From: Girardia tigrina
Taxonomy: Eukaryota
Direction of reading: 5' to 3'
Assembly: GCA_001938485.1 (NCBI GenBank)
Contig: MQRK01245821.1
Span: 1-64,000 of the forward strand
DNA length: 64,000 nt
Part shown: in pieces, positions 52,416 to 64,000 of the stretch
How positions within the stretch are numbered: position 1 is the stretch's first letter
How the letters are laid out: every line of letters begins with the position of its first letter
The notes under the pieces: generated by a model
What the model saw: the letters and a program-made list of their open reading frames with translations, nothing else
Told to the model about the DNA's origin: nothing
Databases searched by the model: none
Translations under genes and position numbers: made by a program

Positions 52416-53970
52416 AGTTGAGATCGGTGAATTTTTCCTTCACCCCGGCCTTGGACCTATTCATTCAGCGGGCAATGAGGCAAGCGAAAAAAATCCTCTA
52501 ATCTAAAAACCGAAAAATAAAATATTATAATTATAGTTTATAATATAAATTTATTAAAAAAAGAAACCTTTAATTGATATTGATCCTTACATACTGTCGA
52601 TTTGGATATTTTCTCGTGAGTAAATGGGTATCCTGATTTACTTAGTCTTGTCTTGACCTGGAAACTGATTATCATAGGGTGGTAACAGTTGAATGAAGGT
52701 TTGATTGTTTATGATAACAGCGAGAATCATCGGGTTATGGGATATCAGAGTTTTTGAGTAAAAGAAAATTGTATAAATATCTACCAAATTTTTGGATATA
52801 TTCAGATTTCATTGCATATTTTCATCGAATAAATTTTGTCAAAAGAATTCTTTTTAACTTAGTGCAGTTATGAATGAAACAAAAAAGAATGGCGATTAAA
52901 TCTGAGTGGCGTTGCACGAATTGCAAGAAAATAAAAGTAAATGTACCAAGATGAGCGATGAATTGTCCAGAAAAATGATTGAATATAAAGAATATAGGAA
53001 TAATTCAGTTCTTTTATCGGTTTATAAATTGATCGTTTGACAAATACATACGGGCTGAACAAATATTAAAAGATTTACAGAATTATGCCACTAAAATGAG
53101 GATAAAATAAAATGTCTTTAATTACAACAAGAAGATTGTTGAGATGTTCTCAAAGGGAGAACCGAAGATAATCCTGAAAACAGCATTTTAGATTTGAAAA
53201 AAAGAAGACCTGAAATGTTGAAAGAAAATTACCGGGTCCGAATTCTACGATTTATGGATCAATCACAAAAGAGGATATGTTGTTATCTTCCTCTCGTATC
53301 ATCAGTAGAGCTCAGAAACGGTGCGAACAATGAAAGCGGAGGACACAATTATTTAAACAAGCCGAAGATGAATTAAAGAAAATTTATGAACCTAAACACC
53401 TAAGCTTTCAGTTAGAAAATCCATATTTTTCCATTAAGATCCCTTTTATTCAGAGGTTACTGTTGGACGTGAAAGCAACAAGAAATTTATTTTATCATCG
53501 ATTATAATCTCTTGCGAGAATTCGGAAAAGAAACAAACTGGCTAAATTACAAATAGAAACATCAAGCTCAAATAGAACTCCGGGATAACCTCTGTTATCA
53601 ATCCATCACCTTGGGGCAGGGAGAGGAATTTATTAGCTTGTCCGATCTGGACGATGGATGGCGATGGGTTGATTATTTTAATTAAATTTTTTTTGTTTTC
53701 ATATTATGATTTAATAAAACAATACCTACATCTAATTTGTTCATGTCTTTTAGCTTTAATTTTGTTATTAAATCATGATAAAAAGTAAAATGACAAAATA
53801 GAGAACATGCTGTGAAATAAATATATTATCGTTAACTAAATAAAAGTAGCCTGAGCCGACTTTCATGTACTGAATATCATTAAATATAATATTATGAAGA
53901 ACCTAAAGAAATACTTGAATCATTTCACTGGCGGGATTAAATGGTCAGATGGGGTTTATTGGGTTCGATA
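52416..53970. mobile_element. Second, diverged copy (~1.55 kb) of the unclassified TG...CA element
   Basis: Colinear similarity to 14428-16869 from gttgagatcggtga to tcactggcgggattaaatggtcagatg; lacks the copy-1 insertions; termini decayed. Confidence 0.8.
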
Positions 53971-55687
53971 TAGAGACATTTCCAAATAATAATTTGGGTC
54001 AATGTAGTCTCATATCCAAACACTCACTAAAACATATTGATCTATTTAAATAAAAGCAAAATAATAATAATACACTTCAATTATTGTCATTACAGGAAAA
54101 AATGTCAAATATCTAAATTCTAAGTGTGAATTTTCTGATGATTGAAGTCTTCTCGAAGAACATATACAGGTTTCTTCAATTTTTGATACTCCTGACCTGA
54201 AATTTAATGAACTATTCAAAAACTTCAAAAAATCTATACAGTAGAGATGACAGACATACCATTGGAATTTCTAAGGGAACTTGCAGGGTTAAATGTATTA
54301 ACATCATCAATATGAGATTTACAACATTTATTAATACCACAAGCGCATTCACTATCTGATATCTCTCTTGATCAATATCTTTCTGAATTCATACTAATTA
54401 TTTTCAATAAATGAAAATCTTTTAATAAAAATTATTAATTCTAAAGAATCTAATAGGTTAAAAAAAATCTTAACATTTTTAAAAAAGTACATATTAAATT
54501 AATATATTAAAATTTTAAATTACATTAAAAATTAAATAATACATTCAAAAATTATTTTAAATCTTTTTAATTTAAAATTCAATTAAATTATTTTTAATTA
54601 GTAGGAATCAAAGAAAATATTAATCATCCATCTGTGTAGGAGAGGCACAATCCGAATCAACATACAACATGCACAATATCAACACACAATTCAAAACATT
54701 CCTCACAAAAGGCACAAACAACTTTCCAGTGAAAAAATGTAAAAAGGATAATAATGTAGTCGGAATAAAAAACTATGCAGTAAAATATCTAAAACTATGG
54801 AAGTCGCTATTACTTATGTCAGTCCCTTGAAGACATAGTGGATTGACCATAGTTAAATAAAGTTTTTTTTGAAGATTGAATTTGATTTGAATTATTCTAA
54901 TTTATATTTGATTGTAGATTAATTGAATTTTTTATGGTCAGGAAATGATAGAACACAAGCAGTCGCCTCAGCATATTCTGGTACTTTTTAGTACCACGTA
55001 TATCTGCGAGGCAACATTTCCAAACCTTGTATTTTCCAAGAACAAATGTCAAACATAAATAACAAACAAAAATCTCGAAACCGAAATAAAATTTTTAGTA
55101 TAAAGTCAGCTAACTGTTTTTCAACACTTAGTTCCCAATATGAAATACCAAGGAAATCCCTGGTGAAAGTTTTTTCTGGTATTAGTTATCTCGTATCATT
55201 TTAAAATAGCATTTATTTTATTCTTACATTTGTTTTTTCTATAATTTACAATCACAAAAAATATCTTCGCTTGATTAATCAAAGCTGTCAGATTGTTGAA
55301 GATTTTGTATATTGGCTTTATGGAAAGGTTATGTACCTCTGGTGTACGTCCAGCCAAGGAGACCCTCACTTCAAGTGGTATTACTGTTGTATTCATTGCA
55401 GCAGTATGAATATATCGGTAACACAAAATCATTTTGTAACTGATGCGAACCATCTTTTCAATGAATAATTCTGAATATTAGAACAACTTTAAATTAGTAT
55501 TTGCTATTTCCCTTTTGGATCTGATAAAAATGAGATGTTACACTTTACTGATAGTTTGATACAGATTGATAACTATCTCAGTAGGATCTAATTGATTTTC
55601 ATTTCTTTCCACATTCTTATAATACTTCAAAATATTTTAATACAAATGGTTTACTTAGTTTTTACTTAGGGGCTACATATAAATATA

Positions 55688-57015
55688 TTAGGTTGTTCGA
55701 TATGAAACGGGTCAAACTTCACACCTTACATTTCAATCGCGTATAACTTAACTTTGAACTATCGTATGAAAATAAATAAGGTATTTCTTGACATATATTA
55801 TTCCTCTTTAAAAATCAATTATTTAATTTCAAATATATTGAATAGTTTCTTGTNNNNNNNNNNNNNNNNNNNNNNNNNNNNNNNNNNNNNNNNNNNNNNN
55901 NNNNNNNNNNNNNNNNNNNNNNNNNNNNNNNNNNNNNNNNNNNNNNNNNNNNNNNNNNNNNNNNNNNNNNNNNNNNNNNNNNNNNNNNNNNNNNNNNNNN
56001 NNNNNNNNNNNNNNNNNNNNNNNNNNNNNNNNNNNNNNNNNNNNNNNNNNNNNNNNNNNNNNNNNNNNNNNNNNNNNNNNNNNNNNNNNNNNNNNNNNNN
56101 NNNNNNNNNNNNNNNNNNNNNNNNNNNNNNNNNNNNNNNNNNNNNNNNNNNNNNNNNNNNNNNNNNNNNNNNNNNNNNNNNNNNNNNNNNNNNNNNNNNN
56201 NNNNNNNNNNNNNNNNNNNNNNNNNNNNNNNNNNNNNNNNNNNNNNNNNNNNNNNNNNNNNNNNNNNNNNNNNNNNNNNNNNNNNNNNNNNNNNNNNNNN
56301 NNNNNNNNNNNNNNNNNNNNNNNNNNNNNNNNNNNNNNNNNNNNNNNNNNNNNNNNNNNNNNNNNNNNNNNNNNNNNNNNNNNNNNNNNNNNNNNNNNNN
56401 NNNNNNNNNNNNNNNNNNNNNNNNNNNNNNNNNNNNNNNNNNNNNNNNNNNNNNNNNNNNNNNNNNNNNNNNNNNNNNNNNNNNNNNNNNNNNNNNNNNN
56501 NNNNNNNNNNNNNNNNNNNNNNNNNNNNNNNNNNNNNNNNNNNNNNNNNNNNNNNNNNNNNNNNNNNNNNNNNNNNNNNNNNNNNNNNNNNNNNNNNNNN
56601 NNNNNNNNNNNNNNNNNNNNNNNNNNNNNNNNNNNNNNNNNNNNNNNNNNNNNNNNNNNNNNNNNNNNNNNNNNNNNNNGCAAAGCTACAGCAGTTGGGT
56701 CTCGAAACTCTTCGCCACCCACCATATTCACCGGATCTCGCACCCACGGACTACCACTTTTTCCAAAGCTTGGACAACTTCTTGTCGGGGAAAAAATTAA
56801 CTTCTTCGGGGGCTGTAAAAACGGCCTTTCAAGAATTCATTGACTCTCGTGAATCAGTGTTTTATACTAAAGGGTTAAATGTGTTACCATTGAAATGGCA
56901 ACAGTGTGTTGACAACATGGGGGGATATTTTGATTAAAAATAAAATGTTATTATTTAAAAAAAATCGATTTACATTTTACTTTAATTTTGACCCGTTTCA
57001 TATCGAACAACCTAA
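55688..57015 (+). mobile_element. Mariner, cecropia-like (Dtmar1-like); interior is an N gap
   Basis: Perfect TIRs ttaggttgttcgatatgaaacgggtcaaa with TA flanks; intact C-terminus KLQQLGLETLRHPPYSPDLAPTDYHFF...WQQCVDNMGGYFD*. Confidence 0.95.
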
Positions 57016-57639
57016 TATGTTTAAATTGATACACAGACATTTAATGTAAGATCTTTTTATACAATTGTGTATATAAATGTTTATAATATTTCATTTCTGC
57101 AATATTGAAAATAATTATATTTCCATTTTACATAATTTAAGTAATTTTAAAATCCTTGTAAGAAAAAATATTTTAAACTCAAAAAATATGAAATTTATAA
57201 AATAGAGAAAATATATAGAGAGACCGGAAAAATTCCTTTTCTACGTCATTTATAGAAATCTAAGAAAATACAGTTTAAAACATTTATTTGTGAAAAGAAC
57301 AATTTAAAATCATACTAAAATGGTTAGCCAACTATAATAAAATCTACAAATAGTCTTCATAAACTTCAAAGACACTGGAGGGACGTATATGCTTTTAAAA
57401 CTAGACTCTAAGTTTCGCTTCCAGTGCTGACTCCACAATTGTTGCACACCTCTCCTGAACTATTTAAGTTTTTTCCACTGCTGTAGCACTAAAGATAAAG
57501 CGATTTATGAGGTTTGTGTCTGATATTTAGGTCGGCGGCTTTAATAGAGACACATTATGTTCTTCAAGCCAAAGTTGAATCAACTGTGCTACGAGAGGTC
57601 TGGTTGTGTAATTCTGAATGATCACTTCCCAAACAAAAA

Positions 57640-58345
57640 GTATTATTTACAATTTCGAAGTTAATCATTTTCAGGAATTGTAGCTTTCTCTCTGCATTGA
57701 TGGATCTACCCTCGCTAAGACGTTGGAAATACGTGAGTGATTTTGTATTGGTGCTGGAAACGATAATTATTGTTTCTGAATATAAATATATATTCTGATT
57801 ATTATCAGAACTTTGCGATCACATATGGTTTATCTATCAATACGTGTTGATTACTTGTGCTATTTATCAAAAACACGGTTACATTTTGTATGGAGGTACG
57901 TCTGGGAGATAAATTCAAAGATTTTTCTTCTATCACAATGATGTTTTCGTTAGCCTTCTACATAATAAACAATCAAATTTTCTTGACAGCAAGTGACTCT
58001 GATTCTGTTGTTATTCTCAGTTATAATATGAGTGACTCATCTCCAGGAAAGTGACTTCTTTTCAAGTTTTTGTTTATATATGTAGAGAACATTCGATTCT
58101 TTAATGTGTCGTGCTCCCCTTCAAACAACATTAATGATGATTCTGAGCCCCCATTCGTTTTCTTAGAGTTCAACGGCAACTCTAACTATCACCACTTCTC
58201 TACATAGACATTTACTACACTTGGGGAGTAGACGCGCCTCCTTTACTTACATCAACAAGTTGTGTAAACATTAGAGCGCCTTTGGGTTCTTGATCAGTAT
58301 CGAGTACGGCCCGACTGGTAGCTCAGTTTCTTGAGGGGATGATAA
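57640..58345 (-). mobile_element. Possible very old Gypsy RT/RNase H relic
   Basis: Weak motifs in the expected order on the minus strand: KGALMFTQLVDVSKG, GEH...NLK, KEVTFL, TNTKSLTYFQ...LQFL..INFEI. Confidence 0.35.
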
Positions 58346-58440
58346 TAATTCTATACTACCACTATAACCATATCGATGTATTAACATTTAAAACTACAGG
58401 AAACGAAGAGAGCCTCATGAAAGAAAACGACGATCAGTCC

Positions 58441-58637
58441 GCGTGCCCCTTGCATGCTGCAGCCGGTCGGCATCACCTTCCTAAGGTTCCTCGCCCCAAA
58501 AAGTTCAAATTGATCATATTATTTGTCAAATATGTTGCATTTTATTCTGTACTCATTTACAACGTTTCACGATTTACTATCCTATTTACTGTTAAAACTA
58601 TTGTTCGGTGAGAAACGAAATGTGACTCTTCAAACCT
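58441..58637 (+). repeat. 197-bp perfect inverted repeat, left arm
   Basis: Exact reverse complement of 59870-60066. Confidence 0.97.
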
Positions 58638-59869
58638 TGCCGACCTTTATACTCGCAATTACTACATCATGTGAACGTTTATTTGTACGAACAACTAAGA
58701 GTCAACTAAATTCTATCGTGAAAATTAATTTAACAAATTCCAAAATAAAACAATTTAACGAACTCAGAAATAAGCTAAGTCAAAATGTAATAATCGATGT
58801 CCGGCTAAATTTATATCGTCAACCACGGTAATTGTCGAAACGAAATTATATGATTGAATTCATAACTGCCGAAGACAACGATCCTTTTCATTTTGGTAAC
58901 AATTTCCCTTTTATAAATCTATTCATTCATATTTATTTTATCTACATACATATTCATTTATGTCTATTATTTACAATTTCCCATCTTACAAAATCACTCG
59001 TAGATTTATTTATTTACATTTACACTTATTCATATCTAGTACTTACAATATTATTATTTCTATGTTTCCATCTCAAAACTATTAACAATAATCATCAATC
59101 GGAAACTTTACTCAAATATGAATTAGCAAATTAATTACAAATAAAATCATCATTAAAGTAATTGTTAACGAAAAGGATTAATTAGCAAAAGAGGATCATT
59201 AAATCTTTACTCAAACTATAATTTACAACAAACTACAATAAGTCAACCAAAAGAATTAATAAAGGAATATCATTAAACCTTTACTCAAATTATAAATTAT
59301 GATAAACTACAATAAGTTAATCGAATTTAATTATTAATGGAAATGGTTCGATCTCTAAACCAATCTAATAATATATTAATCAAAATTCTTACAAAAGGAA
59401 ATTATTAAATTGAAATTCTAAAATCATCGCGAAAGCAAAACATTGTTATAAAGTGTGAATTATTACAAAAGAAAACCATTAAATTAAAATATTATAACAT
59501 TACCATGAAATCAAAACATTATTATGAAACATAAAGCCAAACTAATAAAATGATTAAATGATTGAATTTAAGTCATCGTACTATTGTCAAATATAAAACA
59601 TCATGGCTGAAACATCATCTAAGGGGAAATATTATAAAATATTATTATAAACCGAGTTAATTAAATAATTGGATTTAAATACTCACACTATTATCAAATA
59701 TAAAACCTCATAAACTAAAATATTATTAAAGAGCAAACATTATAAATTATAAACCGAATCAATAAAATTAATCACATAATAACTAAATTCAAATGATTAT
59801 AAGTTTGCCATTCTTCTCATCAATCACAACTATTTACACGAATTTAAATAACATCAACTACATAACATC

Positions 59870-60066
59870 AGGTTTGAAGAGTCACATTTCGTTTCTCACC
59901 GAACAATAGTTTTAACAGTAAATAGGATAGTAAATCGTGAAACGTTGTAAATGAGTACAGAATAAAATGCAACATATTTGACAAATAATATGATCAATTT
60001 GAACTTTTTGGGGCGAGGAACCTTAGGAAGGTGATGCCGACCGGCTGCAGCATGCAAGGGGCACGC
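59870..60066 (-). repeat. 197-bp perfect inverted repeat, right arm
   Basis: Exact reverse complement of 58441-58637. Confidence 0.97.
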
Positions 60067-61925
60067 ATTTACAGGAACCTCGTATTTACAGGAACCGCGT
60101 ACGACTCAGTTACGCATCAGTGTCCAAGGACCATCCCTCTCGATCCCTTGGACGCGGAGACGAACCACCGTCGCACCGGTCTCAACAATTCGATTTCCGA
60201 GTTCGAGAGGTAAACCGTTTATAAAAAGAAGCATATAAGCAATTAAAATTGTACTCAGAAAATCAATTTACTTAACAATTTTGCTATTGTGAACTCAACT
60301 TTTAATTAGAATTTAAAACTCAAAATTAAATATATTAACACGATCCAAAATCAAAATCGAGAATAAAATAAATAATAATAATAATAAATAAAATCAATTC
60401 ATTTAATACTTTTATTAATATGCATTCGAATTATGAATTAAATTCAAAAGTAAGAAAACAAATATAACGACAATGTAACAATCAATAATGAATAATGATG
60501 AAAATAATAGTAACAATAAATTCAAATTATAAATTAAAGTTAAGAATAAGAAAGCAAATATATCAACAATAGAACAATCAGTAATGAAGGAACAATAATG
60601 AAAATAATAATAGTAAGAATAAATTACTATGCCGTATCTCCAAATAGATTTTGAAAAACGGAATGTACTTCTTTCTCGAAAAACAGGAATCTTGGAAAAC
60701 AAGTTTCTCCACAACTTCAAAGTAATTATAATTGGCGTTTAGAAAATTTAATATTTTCGTTTATTATTCTGATCCAATTATCACGTTTATAATTATGTTC
60801 AATCTAATGTTCGGTTTAAGAATGTTATTGCGTTTTATTGTTAAGTTTTTTTAAAGTTAATGGCTCTCGTAATTCGCAGCATCCTTGGATATTTATACCC
60901 TACAGGATGTTCAGCTCTGCCGTAGCGTTCGGACGACGTCCCGTTTATGCGTACGTGCGTCGCGTTATTACTGAAAAGGAAGTCCGACATCCTGTGGTGA
61001 ACATCCATCAGGGTTGTTTATACTTGTTATTATTACCGTTTATCGATTTTCATATTTGTAGCTTGAATCACGGATGCGCAACTGCAGTCGAAACTCGAGG
61101 GATACCGGTGCGTGGATTTGCAATGTTTATCGTTGCGACAATCCTGGTATGGTGAATTGTTATTATACCTTTCTGGATTGTTTATAATTATACGGGATCT
61201 ACCGCAATGATGTTTAGACTGTGGATTCGTTTTGGATTATGTGAGTTTAACTTTTAATTAATTAATTAAGATCTTTAATTAGGGTTTTTTAGCTTTTCAA
61301 GTTATTCAAATGGATTAGATTACAATCAGCGGACCGGAACCGCGATCCGACTCGGCACCTCGACAAGCTGGGAGCCAATTTAAAACTACTTGAGGATAGT
61401 CGAGTTTGACTATCCTCAACCATTCGGAACATGGCTCTCATGCGTAAGGGATGTCGGGTTCGGGAAAGAATTTATATGAGGATAACAGGACAGAGTTGTC
61501 ATAATTTGAACTCTGTCGTAACAAATGTAATTGACTCTTTAAATTGCTGAAAAGCTTAAGTTGTAATTTTTTTTAATAATTTCAAGCACAATTATGACAT
61601 TCTCTTTTGCAATGCTTGTTTTTGTCCTCCTAAACTTTCTTTTTGGTCACAAAATGGTTACTGTTCTTCGCATACTCTTTCTAAATATTCTAAACTAGCT
61701 AACGACGGTCAACGTTCTCTACTTCCTAACTTTCAACAAGAAAGCATATTTATTACAGTAAGATACTATTGGATATCTTACTATAATAATTTTAATTTTT
61801 AATGTTTTATTTAAAATTTTTTAAATATAAAATTTTTAAATTTTAAAAACTTTGTTGGCAAAGTAGAGTTCTGCCTGCATAAAGAAATATTAAAATTTTA
61901 ATTTTTGATTTACTAGTTTTAAAAT

Positions 61926-62586
61926 TCTACCGCTTGCAATCACCCAACTGTTTATAGTTTGATAAATCAATTTCGTACTGAACAATATATTGTAGAACTA
62001 ATTTTGCAGCGCATTAGAGCAGGTGAAGAATTCCCACTATTCTAATCGCAAATTTACGTCACAATAAGGGATAGGATTGAACGTGTTGTTGAGTAATATA
62101 ATAATTTACCAATATTGGATTATCTTAAAGGCGTTGCTCATAATTTAAACTTTTTGGATTAAAGCATATATTTACTGTTCCATTAATTTAATATATCAGT
62201 TTAATGTTTTTTGTATCTTTTTTCTATTTACACATTACATTTTTTTCGTGTGTTATTCATTTGTTCTAGAATATTATTTGAATTTTTTAAATTTGGAATT
62301 TACTAATTTTTTGTATGTTGTTTGTTTATTTTCTAAAATAAAAAGAATAATTAAATGTCATGTTGATCTGAAATCTTTTTCCATTTATGTTTTAAAATTA
62401 AAACCTTTGTATGATTATTTGTATGATCTGCGTTTAAGTTTTATCATTACTTAATTAAAAATTTTTATTCATATTTTAGATGAAATTGTTCACTTATTGA
62501 CAATTTTGTTGTAAATTTTCCGCGTTAAAATCGCCCGCGATAAAGTCACCCGCTGTAAAGTCGTCCGCGGTAAAGTCAACTCACCC
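61926..62586 (+). mobile_element. 3' end of a second MULE-type transposon
   Basis: CNHPTVYSLINQFRTEQ...ILDYLKGVAHNL (MULE C-terminus), then 15-bp terminal tandem repeats gtaaagtcgtccgcg at 62519-62586. Confidence 0.75.
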
Positions 62587-62789
62587 TTGCTAATAACAAC
62601 AATAATGTAATTATATTTTAATAAATTTTTACAGATATGATAGTTTTATTGATATGATGTAATTTGGAAAGAAAATTAACTTCGGTAAGACCGGTATTAT
62701 GAAGTTTGTAAACCAATGGCAGATCAAGGGGACAAGTCTGGGGGAGGGAGGTAATTTTTTATAAATAAAATTACTAAAATTATAGAAGT

Positions 62790-63300
62790 CCAATTAAAGT
62801 ATTTTATTATCAAAGTACATGTAAAAAACTACATTCCTGTTCGGAATACTTAACGTTATCCTCGGATAAAATGCTAACTCACCGAGCTAGAGTTGTTCAT
62901 TTGAGTTCATTACTTGCATCTTCTCTCTATAGAGAGATTCTGGTGAATCTGATGCAACCGTTGTAGGAGCAATAGTTGCTGCATATGACGTTTTTTTCTC
63001 CTTGTCAGAGTACAATACTCGAAATTGGAGACAATACACATGAGTCTCAGATTTTTTGTTGTCATCTCTGAAAACTTTAATTTTTTGAGTATTGTTTCTT
63101 TTTCACTCGGCTAGGAACCAAAACAACCTACCGCAATGGTGCCCAGTCGGACTTTCTATCCTTTGTGTGCTTTTTGACCTCCTCTTTCAGCATTTTATAT
63201 TTCGCCTAATTGTCTTTTCTTGCTTTCCTAAGAATTTTAAGCGCATTGTACGGTTTTTTGACATCGATCTGCCAGGGTTCTTTGGTAGCTTTATTGAATA
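62790..63300 (-). mobile_element. 3' end of an RLE-type non-LTR retrotransposon (NeSL/R2-group-like)
   Basis: Minus strand IDVKKPY...ARKDN*AKYKML, then TIAVGCFGS*P...ILKKL...LRLMC, matching the restriction-like endonuclease tail (D-V..P, K..KY..L, VG.LGSW); followed by a putative 3' UTR. Confidence 0.65.
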
Positions 63301-64000
63301 TTGGGGGGTTATGAAAGTGTGACACTTTGTGACGAGAGGGAAGGGGGGTCTAAAATTTCAAATTTTCGCGTTATGTATTTTACGAACGACCCCAAACAGG
63401 TGTTTGAAATTAATTTTATGTTGATGAAAAAAAACCGAAAATATTTTAAATATCGACTTTCGAAATTAATATCAATTTAAGCAAATCAGTTATAAAATAT
63501 TATTAATATAATTAAAAAAAGAACAATTATCTTTCAAAAGTTATAACCTGTTAATTATACACAAAAGCATTTTTTGACTCTAATTGGTTTTTTTTCAAAG
63601 AAAATAAAATTTCCTAATTAACATTTGTACATAACTTTGAGATTGAGTTTATTAATTAAATACGAAATGAAATGTGCATTTATTGATTAAATGTTATTGA
63701 AAATAATAAATTAATAATATTAATTTTAACAAAAATATCATTATTATTAACACAATTTTTAAAGCACTTGGTTGAAATATGAGCTCATGGAAGCTTAAAT
63801 CTAACCGTATTTACTTGTATCAGAGGAAAGTGTAGTTAACCTTCCTATGATCTGCAGTAAATAGTAAGTACCCCTTCCCATAAAATCTAAATTTAAACAT
63901 AGAGCAGTGTAACGGGACTGAGGGCTTTGAGAAAGAAAATTCAAATTTTATAGGTTCCCAATGTTTCATTGTTTTATTATACTTTTCTCAAGAGTTCAAT

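Noticed and set aside
58305-58345. tRNA A-box-like tagctcagt and PPT-like gagggga|tg
   Set aside because: No cloverleaf or B-box and no matching LTR end; a decayed minus-strand RT reading explains the region at least as well.

Overview
Very AT-rich eukaryotic draft-genome window with several N gaps. It is almost entirely decayed transposable elements, and I could not confidently identify a host protein-coding gene, rRNA, tRNA or CRISPR array. One mariner C-terminus matches my recollection of the planarian Dtmar1 transposase, so a freshwater planarian (Girardia/Dugesia-like) origin is plausible but inferred. DNA transposons: at least six mariner copies (mauritiana-, cecropia- and mellifera-like and others), a DD37E element, a Tc1 DD34E element, pogo/Tigger pieces, two Mutator-like (MULE) pieces, a probable hAT piece, Helitron-like elements and MITEs. 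Retroelements: several Ty3/Gypsy pol relics, two Penelope-like elements each with a minimal hammerhead ribozyme, and the 3' end of an RLE non-LTR element. The two most unusual observations: (1) a TG...CA element with a 4-bp TSD (14428-16869, diverged copy at ~52416-53970) that splits an old mariner and carries an unrecognised, decayed ~250-codon reading frame with synonymous-biased divergence and a TGA shared by both copies; (2) a perfect 197-bp inverted duplication at 58441-58637 / 59870-60066. All analysis was done by eye, so boundaries marked ~ are approximate.
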